Assembly (NCBI RefSeq): GCF_001194135.2
Contig: NC_068981.1
Span: 97,938,931 to 98,002,930 of the forward strand
DNA length: 64,000 nt
Direction: 5' to 3'
Source: Octopus bimaculoides
Taxonomy: Eukaryota
The notes beneath the pieces are model-generated. The model was not told where the DNA came from, made no database searches, and worked only from the letters and a program-made list of their open reading frames with translations. Made by a program: the position numbers and the translations under genes. This document shows, piece by piece, positions 39,657-52,929 of this stretch; positions within the stretch are counted from its first letter, which is position 1; every line of letters starts with the position of its first letter.

Positions 39657-42565
39657 CTGAAAAGTAACAGAAACAATATTCAGATGTTATCACACTTGGC
39701 TGAAGTGAAACATTTTATAGAGTTACACTGAGTAATATGCTTTTGGTCCTTGAGTAGCAACTGTTATTTCCTATTTGTTTACCCCTAGAAAGTATGGAAA
39801 ATGGCTAATATTTCCTTCAAACTTTGCTTTTGTTATATTTATTAAAACCCCAAAGAATCCTTCTCAACACATGGCTATGATGCTCCCCCACTACTCCTGC
39901 TCATGATCAGAGATGTACATATTGTCAGCCACTAAGGGACATGCTCAAGTGGTTAAGATCAAGAAACTGACAAGTAAATCTGTGGTATTGAGCAGAATAT
40001 TTGCTCAGCAGCTCAGTGCTGAATCTATCTGAAATGTAATGGAAAATAAGTCAATTTCAAAACATTGATGTCCAGGTTACAAAAGCAAAATTTGAAGGGA
40101 ATAGTAGTCATTTCCTTTGATTTCTAGATAGAAGCAAATAGGAAAAAAACATTTACTGACCAAAAACAAACAAAAAAAATCTTAAAATTCTGTTACATGG
40201 TATAATTGTTCATTAATTTAACCAACTGGTATTAATTGTATAATAGTCAGATTCTTGTCAACTGATGAAAGGAAAATAGGAAAATACATTTAGAATTGAA
40301 GAGTAGAAAGCAAGACAGACAAAAATCTACAAGTTTAAGAAATATGATATACTTCTTCCCCCAGTTATCATCTTTTTCTTTTACTTGTTTCAATCATAAG
40401 AGCGCAGCCATACTGGAGAATTTTTTTAGTTGAATGAATTAATCCCAGTCCTAATTTATTGTCTTTTTTTGTTAAGTCTGGTACTTAGTGTATCACTCTC
40501 TTTTCCTGAACGGCCAAGTTACGAGAATGTAAACACACCAGCACCAGTTGTCAAGCAGTGGTGGGGGACAAATACAGACACACACACACATATACAAGCT
40601 TCTTTCAGTTTCCATCTACTAAATCCACTCATAAGGCTTTGGTCAGCACGAGGCTATATTAGAAGATACTTGCTTAAAGTACTACACAGTAGGACTGAAC
40701 GCAGAACCATGTGGTTGGGATGCAACAGCCATGCTCGCACCTGTCTTTGTCCTGGTGGTGGTGTCAGTACATGAAAAATATTACACACTTAAATTATTGA
40801 TTTCTAAAATTGATGGAGGCCATTGTTGTGTCGACACCCACAGACGAAGAAGTAGGATCTCCCAAGACATATAAATAGAGGTAGTCTGTCCGTGGTAGGT
40901 GTGTTGAGTAGAGATCATCCAAAGGTGCTAGATAGCAGTAGCTTGAGACATAACACCATACATTTAGGGAAGTATACATAGGTAAATCAATCCATTGCTT
41001 TGACTGTTATCTTTCATCTTTCATTTGTTTCAGTCGTTGGACTGTGGCCATGCTGAGGCACTTCCTTGAAGAGTTTTATTGAAACAGATTAATCCTATCA
41101 CTTATTTTATTGGTCTCTTTGCCAAACTGCAGTTATGAGGAGGTAAACAAACTAAAACTAGTTGTCAAACATTAGAAGGAGGATACAAACACAAATACAC
41201 ACACACACATGCATATGTATATACAACAGGCTGCCACACAGTTTGTATCTACAAAATCCACTCACAAGACATTGGTCAGCCAGGGGCAATAGTAGAAAAT
41301 GCTTGCCCAAGGTTTAAGGTTCCACACAGTGAGACTGAACCAGAAACCAAATGATTGCAAGGGTAGCTTCTTAACCACACAGCAAGCTTGTTACTTTAAT
41401 TTTATTGACCAAATAGATGATTGTAAGGTAAAGTTGAACCCAGAATGTAAAGGGCTTTAACTATGTGCCACAAAGTAATTTACCACATACTCTACTGATT
41501 CTGCCAGTCTACTGACCAATTATAATTAGTTACCACCACAATAACAGCTCTGCCAACACAACTGCAATTCTAAAATAATGCCGAGTCAACGGATTTAAGT
41601 GAGAGAGGGAGAGAGATTCAGATAGACAGACAGATAATCTCAGCAATGATCAAGTCATTGAAACTTCCTATTGACGTACAAACAAACATATTGTCATCTG
41701 TAAAAGTAAAACTAGATGAGTAAACTATAGTTAGGCCCTGATCAACATCATCTTACCATTATCAAAGCTTTATCAGTGAGAAGAATATTATTTAGAGTAA
41801 TAAATCAGTGAGATAATGAGCATTAAATTGCCAATGTCTGCAATTTGGAGATAATGGTTTAAGATGCAGCAGCACTACAAGACAATTAGGGGTGTCAGAT
41901 TTGCAGGACATTAAGAAGTAAACAGAGATAAAACAAAACACTAAAAGTTTAACAACTGCAAGATGGATGGATAAGCACACACACACGTATATATATCTTT
42001 TATCTTGTTTCAGTCATTAGACTCTAGCCATGCTGGGGCTCTGCCTTGAGGAATTTTAGTTAGACCAATCAACCCAAGTACTTATTTTCTTTCTAAGCCT
42101 GGTATGTATTCTATCAGTCTTTTTTGTTGAACTGCTAAGTTATGGAGATATAAACACACCAACACTAGTTCACAAGCAGTACTGGGAAACAAACACACAC
42201 ACACATACAGTGAAGGTGCAGGGCTCAGTAGTTAGCGTGTCAGGCTCACAATCATGAGGTAGTGAGTTCAATTCTCGGACTGGGCCATGTGTTGTGTTCT
42301 TGGGCAAGACACTTTATTTCATGTAGCTCCAATTCATTCAGGTGTAGAAATGAGTTGCAACATCACTGATGCCAAGCTGTACTGGCCTTTGCCTTTCCCT
42401 TAGATAACATCAGTGGCATAAAGAGGGTAGGCTGGTATGCATGGGCAACTGCTATTCTTCCACAAACAATCTTGCCCAGACTTGTATTTCAGATGGGAAC
42501 TTTCTAAGTGCAATCCCATGGTCATTCAAGGCCAAAGGGAATCTTTACCCTTTATATATATGTAT

Positions 42566-42624
<59 letters not shown>

Positions 42625-42984
42625 ACAGTCTTCTTTCAGTTTCCTTCTACCAAATCCATTCACAGAGCTTTGGTCAGTCCAAGCTATAGTAGAAGACACT
42701 TGCTCAAGGTGTCATGCAGTGGGACTGAACCCAGAAGTATGTGGATGGGAAGCAAAATTCTTAACACACAACCACGCACCAACTGGTTTCTGAAACCAAA
42801 TAGTAAGATTGTTGTAATTGATGTATAATACTATATGCTTTGATTAGTATACCTGCCCTATTGACAAATATAGGAGTGCATCCTTTTTCTGACTTATGAA
42901 TTGCTAAATGACTATCTATCTATATATATATGCAAATACATACATAAATAAATAAATAAATAAATACAAATATACATATATATA

Positions 42985-43260
42985 GAGTATCCCCACCAAA
43001 ATGTACACACACTTTAACAGCTAATGTCTCAATTTTCATTTCTTTTTAGATATAACCCATTAGAAACAATGAAGATAGCCAGGCTAAAGTTTTAACAAAT
43101 AAAATTTATCCTATAACACTACAGTAAGTTTGAAGATGCAGTGAAAGTGCAAAAACAGTTTAGGAGAGGGTTTCAGATATCCAGCTATGTGACTTATCAT
43201 CACACAAATTAGAGACAGATGGAACTGTTCAGAAGGTCCACAAGGTATGTTATACATACA
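42985..43260 (+). mobile_element. Old Tc1/mariner 5' remnant
   Basis: ta-cagtatccccaccaaaatgtacacac-like end, and VQKQFRRGF...TDGTVQKV HTH-like peptide. Confidence 0.4.
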
Positions 43261-44487
43261 CATACTTTATTACATGTTACATTAAATCCATGAGTATGCT
43301 CCTTAATCTATATCTGACATTTCTAAACATCCATTCAAAAAATGAAATGAATATAGTTGGCATAAATGTTGTTTCTTATGTACAGACTGAATTCATGTAG
43401 ACTTTCCCACCAAAGGTTTGTTGACTATTAGCATCATAAATCAACAGTTAAATGTTGACTTGTTTGTTGTGATCAGATTTTGACCATTAGGTTTTTATTT
43501 ATTTTTTATGTCAGGAGTCACATGTTACTCTTTTTTTTTTTTGCTTTTTCGGATGTGCACTTGTGAGTTAATTTTTCATTGTATTGTTGTATGACAATGG
43601 TTGTTATAACTCTTCTATTTTTGTGTGGAATTTTATAAAGTATGTCAATATTCTCCACTAGTATTTTCCTAACTTAACTTCATTTTGTGATGTGTGCCAT
43701 GATATTGTGTCACAGCTCCATGTTACAAGTGCAAAGTGAGCTATATGAGAGTATTATACTAGTTGCAGTATAGTATAATATTGCGTGATAAGAAGCTTGC
43801 TTCCCAACCACATGCTTCCAGGTTCAATCCCACATTGAGGCACCTTGGGCAAGTGTCTTCTACTATAACTTCAGGCCAACAAAGGCCTTGTGAGTGGATT
43901 TAGTAGACAGAAACTGAAAGAAAGCCTATTGTGTGTGTGTGTGTAGCTATTACAACTTGACAACCAGTGTTGGTGTATTTACATCCCAATAACATAGCGC
44001 TTCAGCAAAAGACGCCGATAGAGTAAGTACTCGGCTTTTTTTTTTTTAAGAAAGTAGATTCTGAGGTCTATTTGTTTGACTAAAACCTTTCAAGGCAGTG
44101 TTCCAACATGGCTGCAGTAAAATGACTGAAACAAGTAGAAGAATAGTCTATCTACTGTAACAGCTAGTATCTTGACGTTTGCAACACAGAGTTTTATAGA
44201 CAAACTTACATATCATGTTGGTCACCCACAATTATTTTCCTGGGCTCAAATGTTTTGTATTGTATTACTAATAAGGAATTTTGGGATTTGGTGTTTTTGT
44301 AGTATATTATTAGTTTAAGGTTGAGTATGATAAATTTAGTTCAGCATTTTACAAGGGTTTTTATTAATGTTCATCTGTTTGACAGTTTTAGTGAATTTAG
44401 TTTATCAAATTTATTTATCAAATCTAACCCCCCCTATCCACAATGCCTGATGGTGTTTCATAGGTTTTTTAACAATTGTCCTGCAAT

Positions 44488-44549
<62 letters not shown>

Positions 44550-44704
44550 NNNNNNNNNNNNNNNNNNNNNNNNNNNNNNNNNNNNNNNNNNNNNNNNNNN
44601 NNNNNNNNNNNNNNNNNNNNNNNNNNNNNNNNNNNNNNNNNNNNNNNNNNNNNNNNNNNNNNNNNNNNNNNNNNNNNNNNNNNNNNNNNNNNNNNNNNNN
44701 NNNN

Positions 44705-44735
<31 letters not shown>

Positions 44736-44737
<2 letters not shown>

Positions 44738-44935
44738 AGAATGTACGAAAAAAACAACAACAGACGAGGACAGGTGGTGTAAACAACAAAAGGATGTATT
44801 AGTATGACGCTCGGGAATACGGAAAGTCTTTAACGTTTCGAGCTACGCTCTTCAACAGAAAGAATACGGAGAAAACAAGGAGAAAAACACAGAGAAAAAA
44901 AATTGAATGGTGTTTGGTCAACGATCTATCATAGC
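44736..44935 (-). mobile_element. Penelope-type terminal repeat with a hammerhead-like motif (second copy at 59292-59419, +)
   Basis: 44760-44890 is approximately the reverse complement of 59292-59419; contains ctgttgaagagcgtagctcgaaacgtt. Confidence 0.55.
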
Positions 44936-44938
44936 TTC

Positions 44939-44969
<31 letters not shown>

Positions 44970-45539
44970 CAAACATATGTACATATATATACATGTACAT
45001 ATAAAGAAAACTAGATCATCAGCATATGCATAAAGATGTATGAGCATGTGTGTCTATCTACTACTAAATTCTAAGCTATCATTAATTCATAATTTCTTTT
45101 GACCTACAATAATTTTTGCATCAAATTTCTTCTTTGCTTTTCCTCAGACTAAACATTTTCTTTTCTATCTTAATTTACCAGTAATATATAATTATAATAA
45201 AATTTCTTTTCTTAACTGTTATACATAAAATTTTCTACTATATTTACATGCAGTTTTCATTTAGTTATGTCTACTAACGGAGATTGGTAAATAACAATGG
45301 GTTAAATTACTGTTTTCTTCTTATGACCTGGTATTTTAAGTTTATTATGTAATCATCAATGTAATGATTACTGCATGACATACAATATATGCTAGTGAAA
45401 CGTGTGTAAAGATTATGTAATTTATGTTGTAATAAAGAGTATGACTAAATCTCCTGTTTTATTCTGCTCTCATGCATACACAGGCATGTATATATACATA
45501 CATGCATAAACACACAAATGCAAATTTTATATATATATA

Positions 45540-46050
45540 TCATCAAATGTCCATTGTCCATGCTGGCATGGGTTGGACGGTTTGATTGGGCTGGCATGCT
45601 GCACCAGATTCCAGTTTGATTTGGCATGGTTTTCTATGGCTGGATGCCCTTCTTAATGCCAACCACTTCAAGAGTGTAACGGGTGCTTTTACAGGCCATT
45701 TTCATGACACCAGGGAGTGCTTACATGCCAATTTGCATGACACTGGTATCTGCTACGACTGCGATTTTGCTTGGCTTGATAGGTCTTCTTCTAATGCCAA
45801 AGGTCTTGGTCATTGCTTCCATGAGACCCAACACTCAAAAAGGACACAGCTACTTTGCCTCTGTAAGGCCCAACACTAAAAAGAAACTCAGTCACTTTGC
45901 CTCCATGAGGTCCAATGCTTGAAAGGAACTCAGCCACTATGCCTCTGTGAGGCTCAAAGTTCGAAGATCATGCTTCGACACCTCATCTCCTCTACCTAGG
46001 TAGAGGTAGACCTCTTCCTAGGTGTACCTCTACCACAGGTTCCATCCACA
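45540..46050 (-). mobile_element. RTE LINE 3' end with four tandem 42-bp units
   Basis: VDGTCGRG..K..DEVSKHDLRTL then LGLTEA-type repeats; 3'UTR and (GAT)n tail as in the other copies. Confidence 0.75.
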
Positions 46051-46068
46051 TATATATACAGGTTTCCT

Positions 46069-46115
<47 letters not shown>

Positions 46116-46374
46116 TATAAACAGCTAGGCGCAATAAAATATCATAAAGGAAAAATTTTGTTGTCACTAATTGTGACTGAGGTGCAATATAGGTGTTTCA
46201 TCACTCTCAGTCACAATTAGTGATGATAAAATTTTTCATATATATCATCATCATCATTAAAAAAGAAAAAAAGAATTAAAAATCCAGGCAGATATCAATA
46301 AAGCACTCAGTTTTAAAAGAATTTGGTTAACAACATTCAACTATGAGTACCAAATATAAGTGAATAAATGTTTG

Positions 46375-46700
46375 TATAATTGTAAAAGCAAAATTGTATA
46401 CCCATTAGAAAATCAGTGTTTGAAGAAAAATATAGTCTATCAGTGTAAGGTAAATAACAGGGGATTGTAAGTATTATTCTATTGATTAATCTGTTACAAT
46501 TTGGGAATCTAGATTTCATAATCATTCTTATTCATTTAAGTACAGAAGAAAAATTAATTCTACAAATCTTAGCAAAAGCATTTGGGGTTTAAAAGATAGG
46601 GACATTAAGTATGATTCAAAGTGGTCCATTATAAGGTATGCACCATTGTAAAATATTGGTAATTCTACAAGGGATCTTTGTCTTGAAGAAATATATTATA
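46375..46700 (+). mobile_element. Penelope-like element GIY-YIG endonuclease remnant
   Basis: YNCKSKIVYPLENQCLKKNIVYQCKV...SRFHNHSYSFKYRRKINSTNLSKSIWGLKD..KWSIIRYAP..DLCLEE matches the PLE C-terminal pattern (CPL.G.CL..V.Y; NH..SF; LS..IW; CL.EK). Confidence 0.7.
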
Positions 46701-47829
46701 AATAATTCTAAATTAATTTTAATGAATTGTAATGGAGGCTTTACAATAAAATGTTGCCATAAATTTCAAAAGACATTCGAATATTTCAATTCTTAATTAT
46801 AATAGCTTTTCATATATTACATAATACAGTTAATACTTCTAGAAGGTTTACTACATTTAATAAATAGATAACTAATTGTTGTGACATAAAACCTCTGTTT
46901 CTAATTATCGTAACATAGAATTCTTGTTTATTTTTTATTCTTTAGTTATCCAGTGATGTCACCAATAGTTGAATACAAAAATAGCCCTTTTCAGATTATA
47001 TTTCTCTATGTTTCTAATTGTTGTAATGTAGAATTCTTATGTCTGCTTTTTATTGTTTCTTTATTCACTAATATTACCAATAGTTGGATACAAAAATACT
47101 TTTTCTTAAATATGTTTATTTTTTATTTTTACTTTTTTTTTTGTTATCCCCTGACATCACCATTGATTGAATACAGAAATGTCTTATAATGAATTCCTCT
47201 AAGCATTCTTTTTGTAAGTGTTTGTGTACTGGTAATATTTCATATGTTCAATTCAAATTTCACTAATTTTGGATAACCTTGATAATGGTGTGTTAACATA
47301 TTTTCAGAAATATTAATTTTAATATTTTCTATCTCTCTTTCCTTTGTTTGTGTGTATTAATACAATAGAAACAATTGTCGACTTTATAAGGTGAGATCTA
47401 TAATAAAGGCGTAATTTTCTCTATACATATCTTTTGTTTTGTTGTTGTTGTTGGCACTCCATCGCTTACGACATCGAGCGTTCCAGTTGATACGATCAAC
47501 GGAACAGCCTGTTCGTGAAATTAACGTGAAAGTGGCTGAGCACTCCACAGACACGTGTACCTTTAACGTAGTTCTTGGGGATATTCAGCATGACATAGTG
47601 TGACAAGGCTGACCCTTTGAATTACAGGTACAACAGAAACAGGAAGTAAGAGTGAGAGAAAGTTGTGGTGAAAGAGTACAACAGGGTTCGCCACCATCCC
47701 TTGCCGGAGCCTTGTGGAGCTTTAGGTGTTTTCGCTCAATAAACACTCACAACACCTGGTCTGGGAATCGAAACCGTGATCCTATGACCACAAGTCCACT
47801 GCCCTAACCACTGGGCCATTGTGTCTCCT

Positions 47830-47860
<31 letters not shown>

Positions 47861-48204
47861 GTACATAAATCTATNNNNNNNNNNNNNNNNNNNNNNNNNN
47901 NNNNNNNNNNNNNNNNNNNNNNNNNNNNNNNNNNNNNNNNNNNNNNNNNNNNNNNNNNNNNNNNNNNNNNNNNNNNNNNNNNNNNNNNNNNNNNNNNNNN
48001 NNNNNNNNNNNNNNNNNNNNNNNNNNNNNNNNNNNNNNNNNNNNNNNNNNNNNNNNNNNNNNNNNNNNNNNNNNNNNNNNNNNNNNNNNNNNNNNNNNNN
48101 NNNNNNNNNNNNNNNNNNNNNNNNNNNNNNNNNNNNNNNNNNNNNNNNNNNNNNNNNNNNNNNNNNNNNNNNNNNNNNNNNNNNNNNNNNNNNNNNNNNN
48201 NNNN

Positions 48205-48236
<32 letters not shown>

Positions 48237-48379
48237 CTGTGCATATTATTAATACAACATATCTGACCATCTTTATTTTTAAGTCCCTTTTGATACTGGA
48301 ATGGGTAAGACAGACTGTCATAGTTCAAGTCCTTATTTGGAGTCACTAGTACTCTCTTAAGCATAGCTGAGAGACCTTG

Positions 48380-48720
48380 CCATGCTCCATCTACCAGACT
48401 GCAGTCAACTTAGAGGTTGCTCTCTCTGTTAGATTTACATGAACTTCCATCTAGTTGACCACTCACAGTAAGCCATCCATACCTCATACTCTTCAGCATC
48501 ATTAAGAAGAAATGTGCCATTTTTATTCCATACACACTTCTCAGCTATTAGTTCTCCACTTACTCTTGTACAATTCATAGCAAACAAGAACACAACATGC
48601 CTCTGATCTTCATATTGTACCCAAGTCATTTACTTTCTCTTCTAGGTACTTGATATTTTTCTCATAGTTGTTATGGCTCCATCTGCAATATTATTCTACT
48701 GTCACATCATATATTTAGCT
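48380..48720 (-). mobile_element. Old RTE LINE remnant
   Basis: WVQYEDQRHVVFLFA..SGELIAEKCVWN..G resembles the same RTE segment. Confidence 0.55.
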
Positions 48721-48894
48721 GGGAACTTGCACCAACTACAGGGCTAGTCTGTAGCCCTCAGCAAGTTGTCCCACAGAAACTGTCAGTTTTCCTCTATATT
48801 TTGAGTTGCTGAGTTGCTGTCTATTACTCCTTTCTGTCATAAATTTCCACTAGCAGCTCTCTAAATCTATAACCAACAGAGAACTCATTCAGTA

Positions 48895-49059
48895 GGCGCA
48901 GGAGTGGCAGTGTGGTAAGTAGCTTACTTACCAACCACATGGTTCCGGGTTCAGTCCAACTGCGTGGCACCTTGGGCAAGTGTCTTCTACTATAGCCTCA
49001 GGCCGACCAAAGCCTTGTGAGAGGATTTGGTAGACGGAAACTGAAAGAAGCCCGTTGTA

Positions 49060-49100
<41 letters not shown>

Positions 49101-49312
49101 TTGTGTATCTGTGTTTGTCCCCCCCCACCATCGCTTGACAACCGATGCTGGTGTGTTTATGTCCCTGTAACTTAGCAGTTCGGCAAAAAGAAAACGACAG
49201 AATAAGTACTAGGCTTACAAAGATTAAGTCCTGGGGTTGATTAGCTTGACTAAGAGGTGGTGCTCCAACATGGCCGCAGTCAAATGACTGAAACAAGTAA
49301 AAGAATAAAAGA
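48895..49312 (+). mobile_element. tRNA-derived SINE family A (full copy)
   Basis: Head ggcgcaggagtggcagtgtggtaag (A box) and gggttcagtcc (B box). Copies at 25195-25585(-), 30548-30800(+), 15030-15240(+), 36050-36140(+), 40380-40730(-), 41020-41390(-), 41995-42200(-), 42625-42780(-), 43775-44140(+), 52580-52890(-). Confidence 0.85.
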
Positions 49313-49738
49313 GTTCTCATACATCTTCCTTCTCCACAGACATAAATATACATATTCAAACCTTCAGAGATGATTTGAAGGTTTGATGGATGATCTGAGT
49401 ATAAATATATTTATTTATGTATGTTTGCAATTATTTGCTCATTTAACAAAGGTTTCCCCATGTACACACACAGAGTTGTCATCATTGTTACTACCACCAC
49501 CACCACCACATCCAATTTCCAATGCTACAATGGCTTTGATGGAGTGGTTAGGAAACACATCTCACTCACATTGCATTTTGGTATATTTTCAGCTGATAGA
49601 TGCCCTCCATGTTCCTGAGGATACCTCCTTAAATGGGCACATTTTATCATAACACCAACATTAGTCAGCAACATCAACAAGCCATCTTTAACACTGCTTC
49701 CATTCATTTACCAACTATTTTACAGTGGTACGGGATGC

Positions 49739-49782
<44 letters not shown>

Positions 49783-52071
49783 TATTGTTTATATTAGTTG
49801 GGCTAATGTTCTCAACTTGATTGTTGCCTTTCACCATATTTCAGCTGGAGCATACAACAGATATATATATATATATGCATGCATATANNNNNNNNNNNNN
49901 NNNNNNNNNNNNNNNNNNNNNNNNNNNNNNNNNNNNNNNNNNNNNNNNNNNNNNNNNNNNNNNNNNNNNNNNNNNNNNNNNNNNNNNNNNNNNNNNNNNN
50001 NNNNNNNNNNNNNNNNNNNNNNNNNNNNNNNNNNNNNNNNNTATATATATATATATATATGCAGACGGCAGACAGACAGATACACTCACACACACAAGTA
50101 TACAGAATTATAGATCCATATCAGTCAATCATAACAACTGGTTTTCACTGGGTATGAAATAATCAGATATTTGATAACAGCACTGTTTAATAACATTACA
50201 AGTTTTTCAGAGGTGATAGGTATTACTCTATCAAGCAAGCAATTTTTTCTGGTTTATGGATTTTTTGGTGTGTGTTTGTGTGTGCGTGCGTGCATGTGTG
50301 TGTGAGTGAGAGAGACAGAGAGAAAGAGAGAGCATGTAATTATGTACATAATATATTTTGAATGAAAAATAAAATATTTTTGGGAAGGAAAAATATAAAT
50401 TTTAAGTGGTAAAAATGAATTTTATATTCTACTTAAATGTACTGAATGCTCTTTCAGTTAATGTTAGATTGTTTCTATATATGATTTCACATAAAACACA
50501 CACACATACATCTGTGCATATAAGTATATATACACATTTATATATCTGTACATGTGAAAATATATGTGTACACACACATATATAGTTTTATACGACCTAG
50601 TAAGAATATTGGGTTTACAATTATAAGATTGTGGGTTTGATTCCTGGTCTAGGCAGGGAATTGTGTCCTTGAACAAGACACTTCATTTCACACTGCTCCA
50701 GTCTAATCACTCCAGCTATCACATCCTCAGTGTTCTCCATATGAAAAAGAATAATACATGCTACAAGGTCATGCTTATTTGTGAGCAGCAGCCTTGGATC
50801 TATTGATGTGTGTATGTGAGCGCGCACGATTATAAAAAGTGAATTAAAGCTTTTAAATATTTTGCCACTACACACATGTTACATACTAACATGTTATTTA
50901 CTTCCATTCCATACTAACATGTTGTTATGGATTCTCAATCAATATATTTATTCTTTCTTGATATGCTTACATACGCACTCATACATATAGAAACATTCAA
51001 TACATACCTATATATTTAAATACACTGATTGTGTACAGGTAAGAATGCATTATAAGAGATAATAAAATGTTAATCGAAAAGAATGTAGCAACATATCAGT
51101 ATAAAATATATATACATATAGCACATGTAAGTATTTGGTTTACACCATGTGTGCTTGTGTGTATGCATGTGTGGATAAAATCCCTACAACATTAAAATTT
51201 TTAATTTACTATTTATGATCATTTTCCTGCATAGTTATGTTGGCTTCAGCAAGGATTTTTGATTAATAAATACAGAGCTACTGGCCTAAACAATGTAATT
51301 AATTTTTTATCAAAGAGCTTTAATGACTGATACCCAGCTGGGGTTTGCTTCAAAGTTAAATGGAATGAAAGGTTTTTCTTTAATCCCCAGGGCTATTTTT
51401 ACAAAAAGACCTTCCATAACAATAATAATTATACACCAACAGTATGCTCTTCGGTGTTTTTCATACAAGCAGTAGAACTTGTTTGTAAAAGGATAGACAG
51501 ATAGATGAATGCATGAGATGCAATAACTGAACAGACATGTGTGAGTGGGTGGATGAAAGAAAATACAAACCAAACTCCTATGCATACAATACACACACAC
51601 ACACTTCAAGCTAATGTATTCTTATATTCTTTCCCAATAATATTTTCCTTGAGCATTCACACACACACACACACACGCACGCGCGCGCAGAGGTTAAATG
51701 AATGTTTATTTTATTTCATGTTCTGTTTGTTTCTCATCTCAATGGAAGTGCTCATCTCCATGGGAGGGAGGAACATATAAATGTAGAATCATGTCAAACA
51801 AACAAAAGAGGAGTACTCAAAACATGTTGTAGAGTGTATGGTGTATTGAAACTGAATCTTTATCTTGCTCCATGCTTTTAGTTTGTTTCTTGAGGCATTG
51901 AGAGTGCTAAATCTCATAAGAACAGTTAAATCATTTGAAGCAATTCAAAATTTGAATAAGTAGGACCCTATGAGATTTAGCACTCTCAGTGAATCAAGGA
52001 ACAGTCTGAACAAGGAATAAGGTACAAAAAATAAATATGTTGGTTGTCTTTATCTTATGTGTATTCACTGC

Positions 52072-52439
52072 GGAGGCGCAATGGCCCAGTGGTTAGGGCA
52101 GCGGACTCGTGGTCATAGGATCGCGGTTTCGATTCCCAGAACGGGCGTTGTGTTTATTGAGCGAAAACACCTAAAGCTCCACGAGGCTCCAGCAGGGGAT
52201 GGTAGCGAACCCTGCTGTACTCTTTCACCACAACTTTCTCTCACTCTTACTTCCTGTTTCTGTTGTGCCTGTATTTCAAAAGGTCAGCCTTGTCACACTG
52301 AATATCCCCGAGAACTATGTTAAGGGTACACGTGTCTGTGGAGTGCTCAGCCACTTGCACGTTAATTTCACGAGCAGGCTGTTCCGTTGATTGGATCAAC
52401 TGGAACCCTCGTCATTGTAAGCGACGGAGTGCCAACAAC
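52072..52439 (+). mobile_element. tRNA-derived SINE family C with 14-bp TSD
   Basis: Head ggaggcgcaatggcccagtggttagggcagcggactcg...ggtttcgattccc; (CAA)n tail; TSD atgtgtattcactg at 52057-52070 and 52440-52453. Confidence 0.92.
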
Positions 52440-52929
52440 ATGTGTATTCACTGTATTATATTGAACAAAATGGTTATGTGGCCTGCGCTTGTCATTCTCT
52501 CAATTATCTGGCCCACTGTGAAAAAAGTTTGGTGATCCTTGATATAGACAGTAACCAAGTTGAAAAACTCTTCCGATCACTCCAGCCTGACAGTACTTAT
52601 TCTATCAGTCTCTTTTGTCAAACAACTAATTTACAGGGATGCAAACATAACACCAGTAGTCAAGCAGTGGGGAGGGGGCACAAACACAGACACAAGGACA
52701 CACACAGATAGATAGATAAATAGATACGTACATACATACATACGACAGGCTTCTTTCAGTTTCTGTCTACCAAATCTACTCACAAGGCTTTGGTTGGCCC
52801 GAGGCTATAGAAGACACTCACCCAAGGTGTTACACAGTTGGACTGAACCCAGAAATGTGTGGTTGGGAAACAAGCTTCTTACCTCACAGCCATGGTTGCA
52901 CCTATTGAAGATATTTTGTTTTTTGGAGT

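Noticed and set aside
39198-39731. 177-aa plus-strand ORF
   Set aside because: Antisense shadow of an SPPL3 exon plus low-complexity sequence
52072-52150. tRNA-like sequences with A/B boxes (also at about 57890-57965 and 48895-48965)
   Set aside because: They continue into shared SINE bodies with tails and TSDs; these are SINE heads, not tRNA genes
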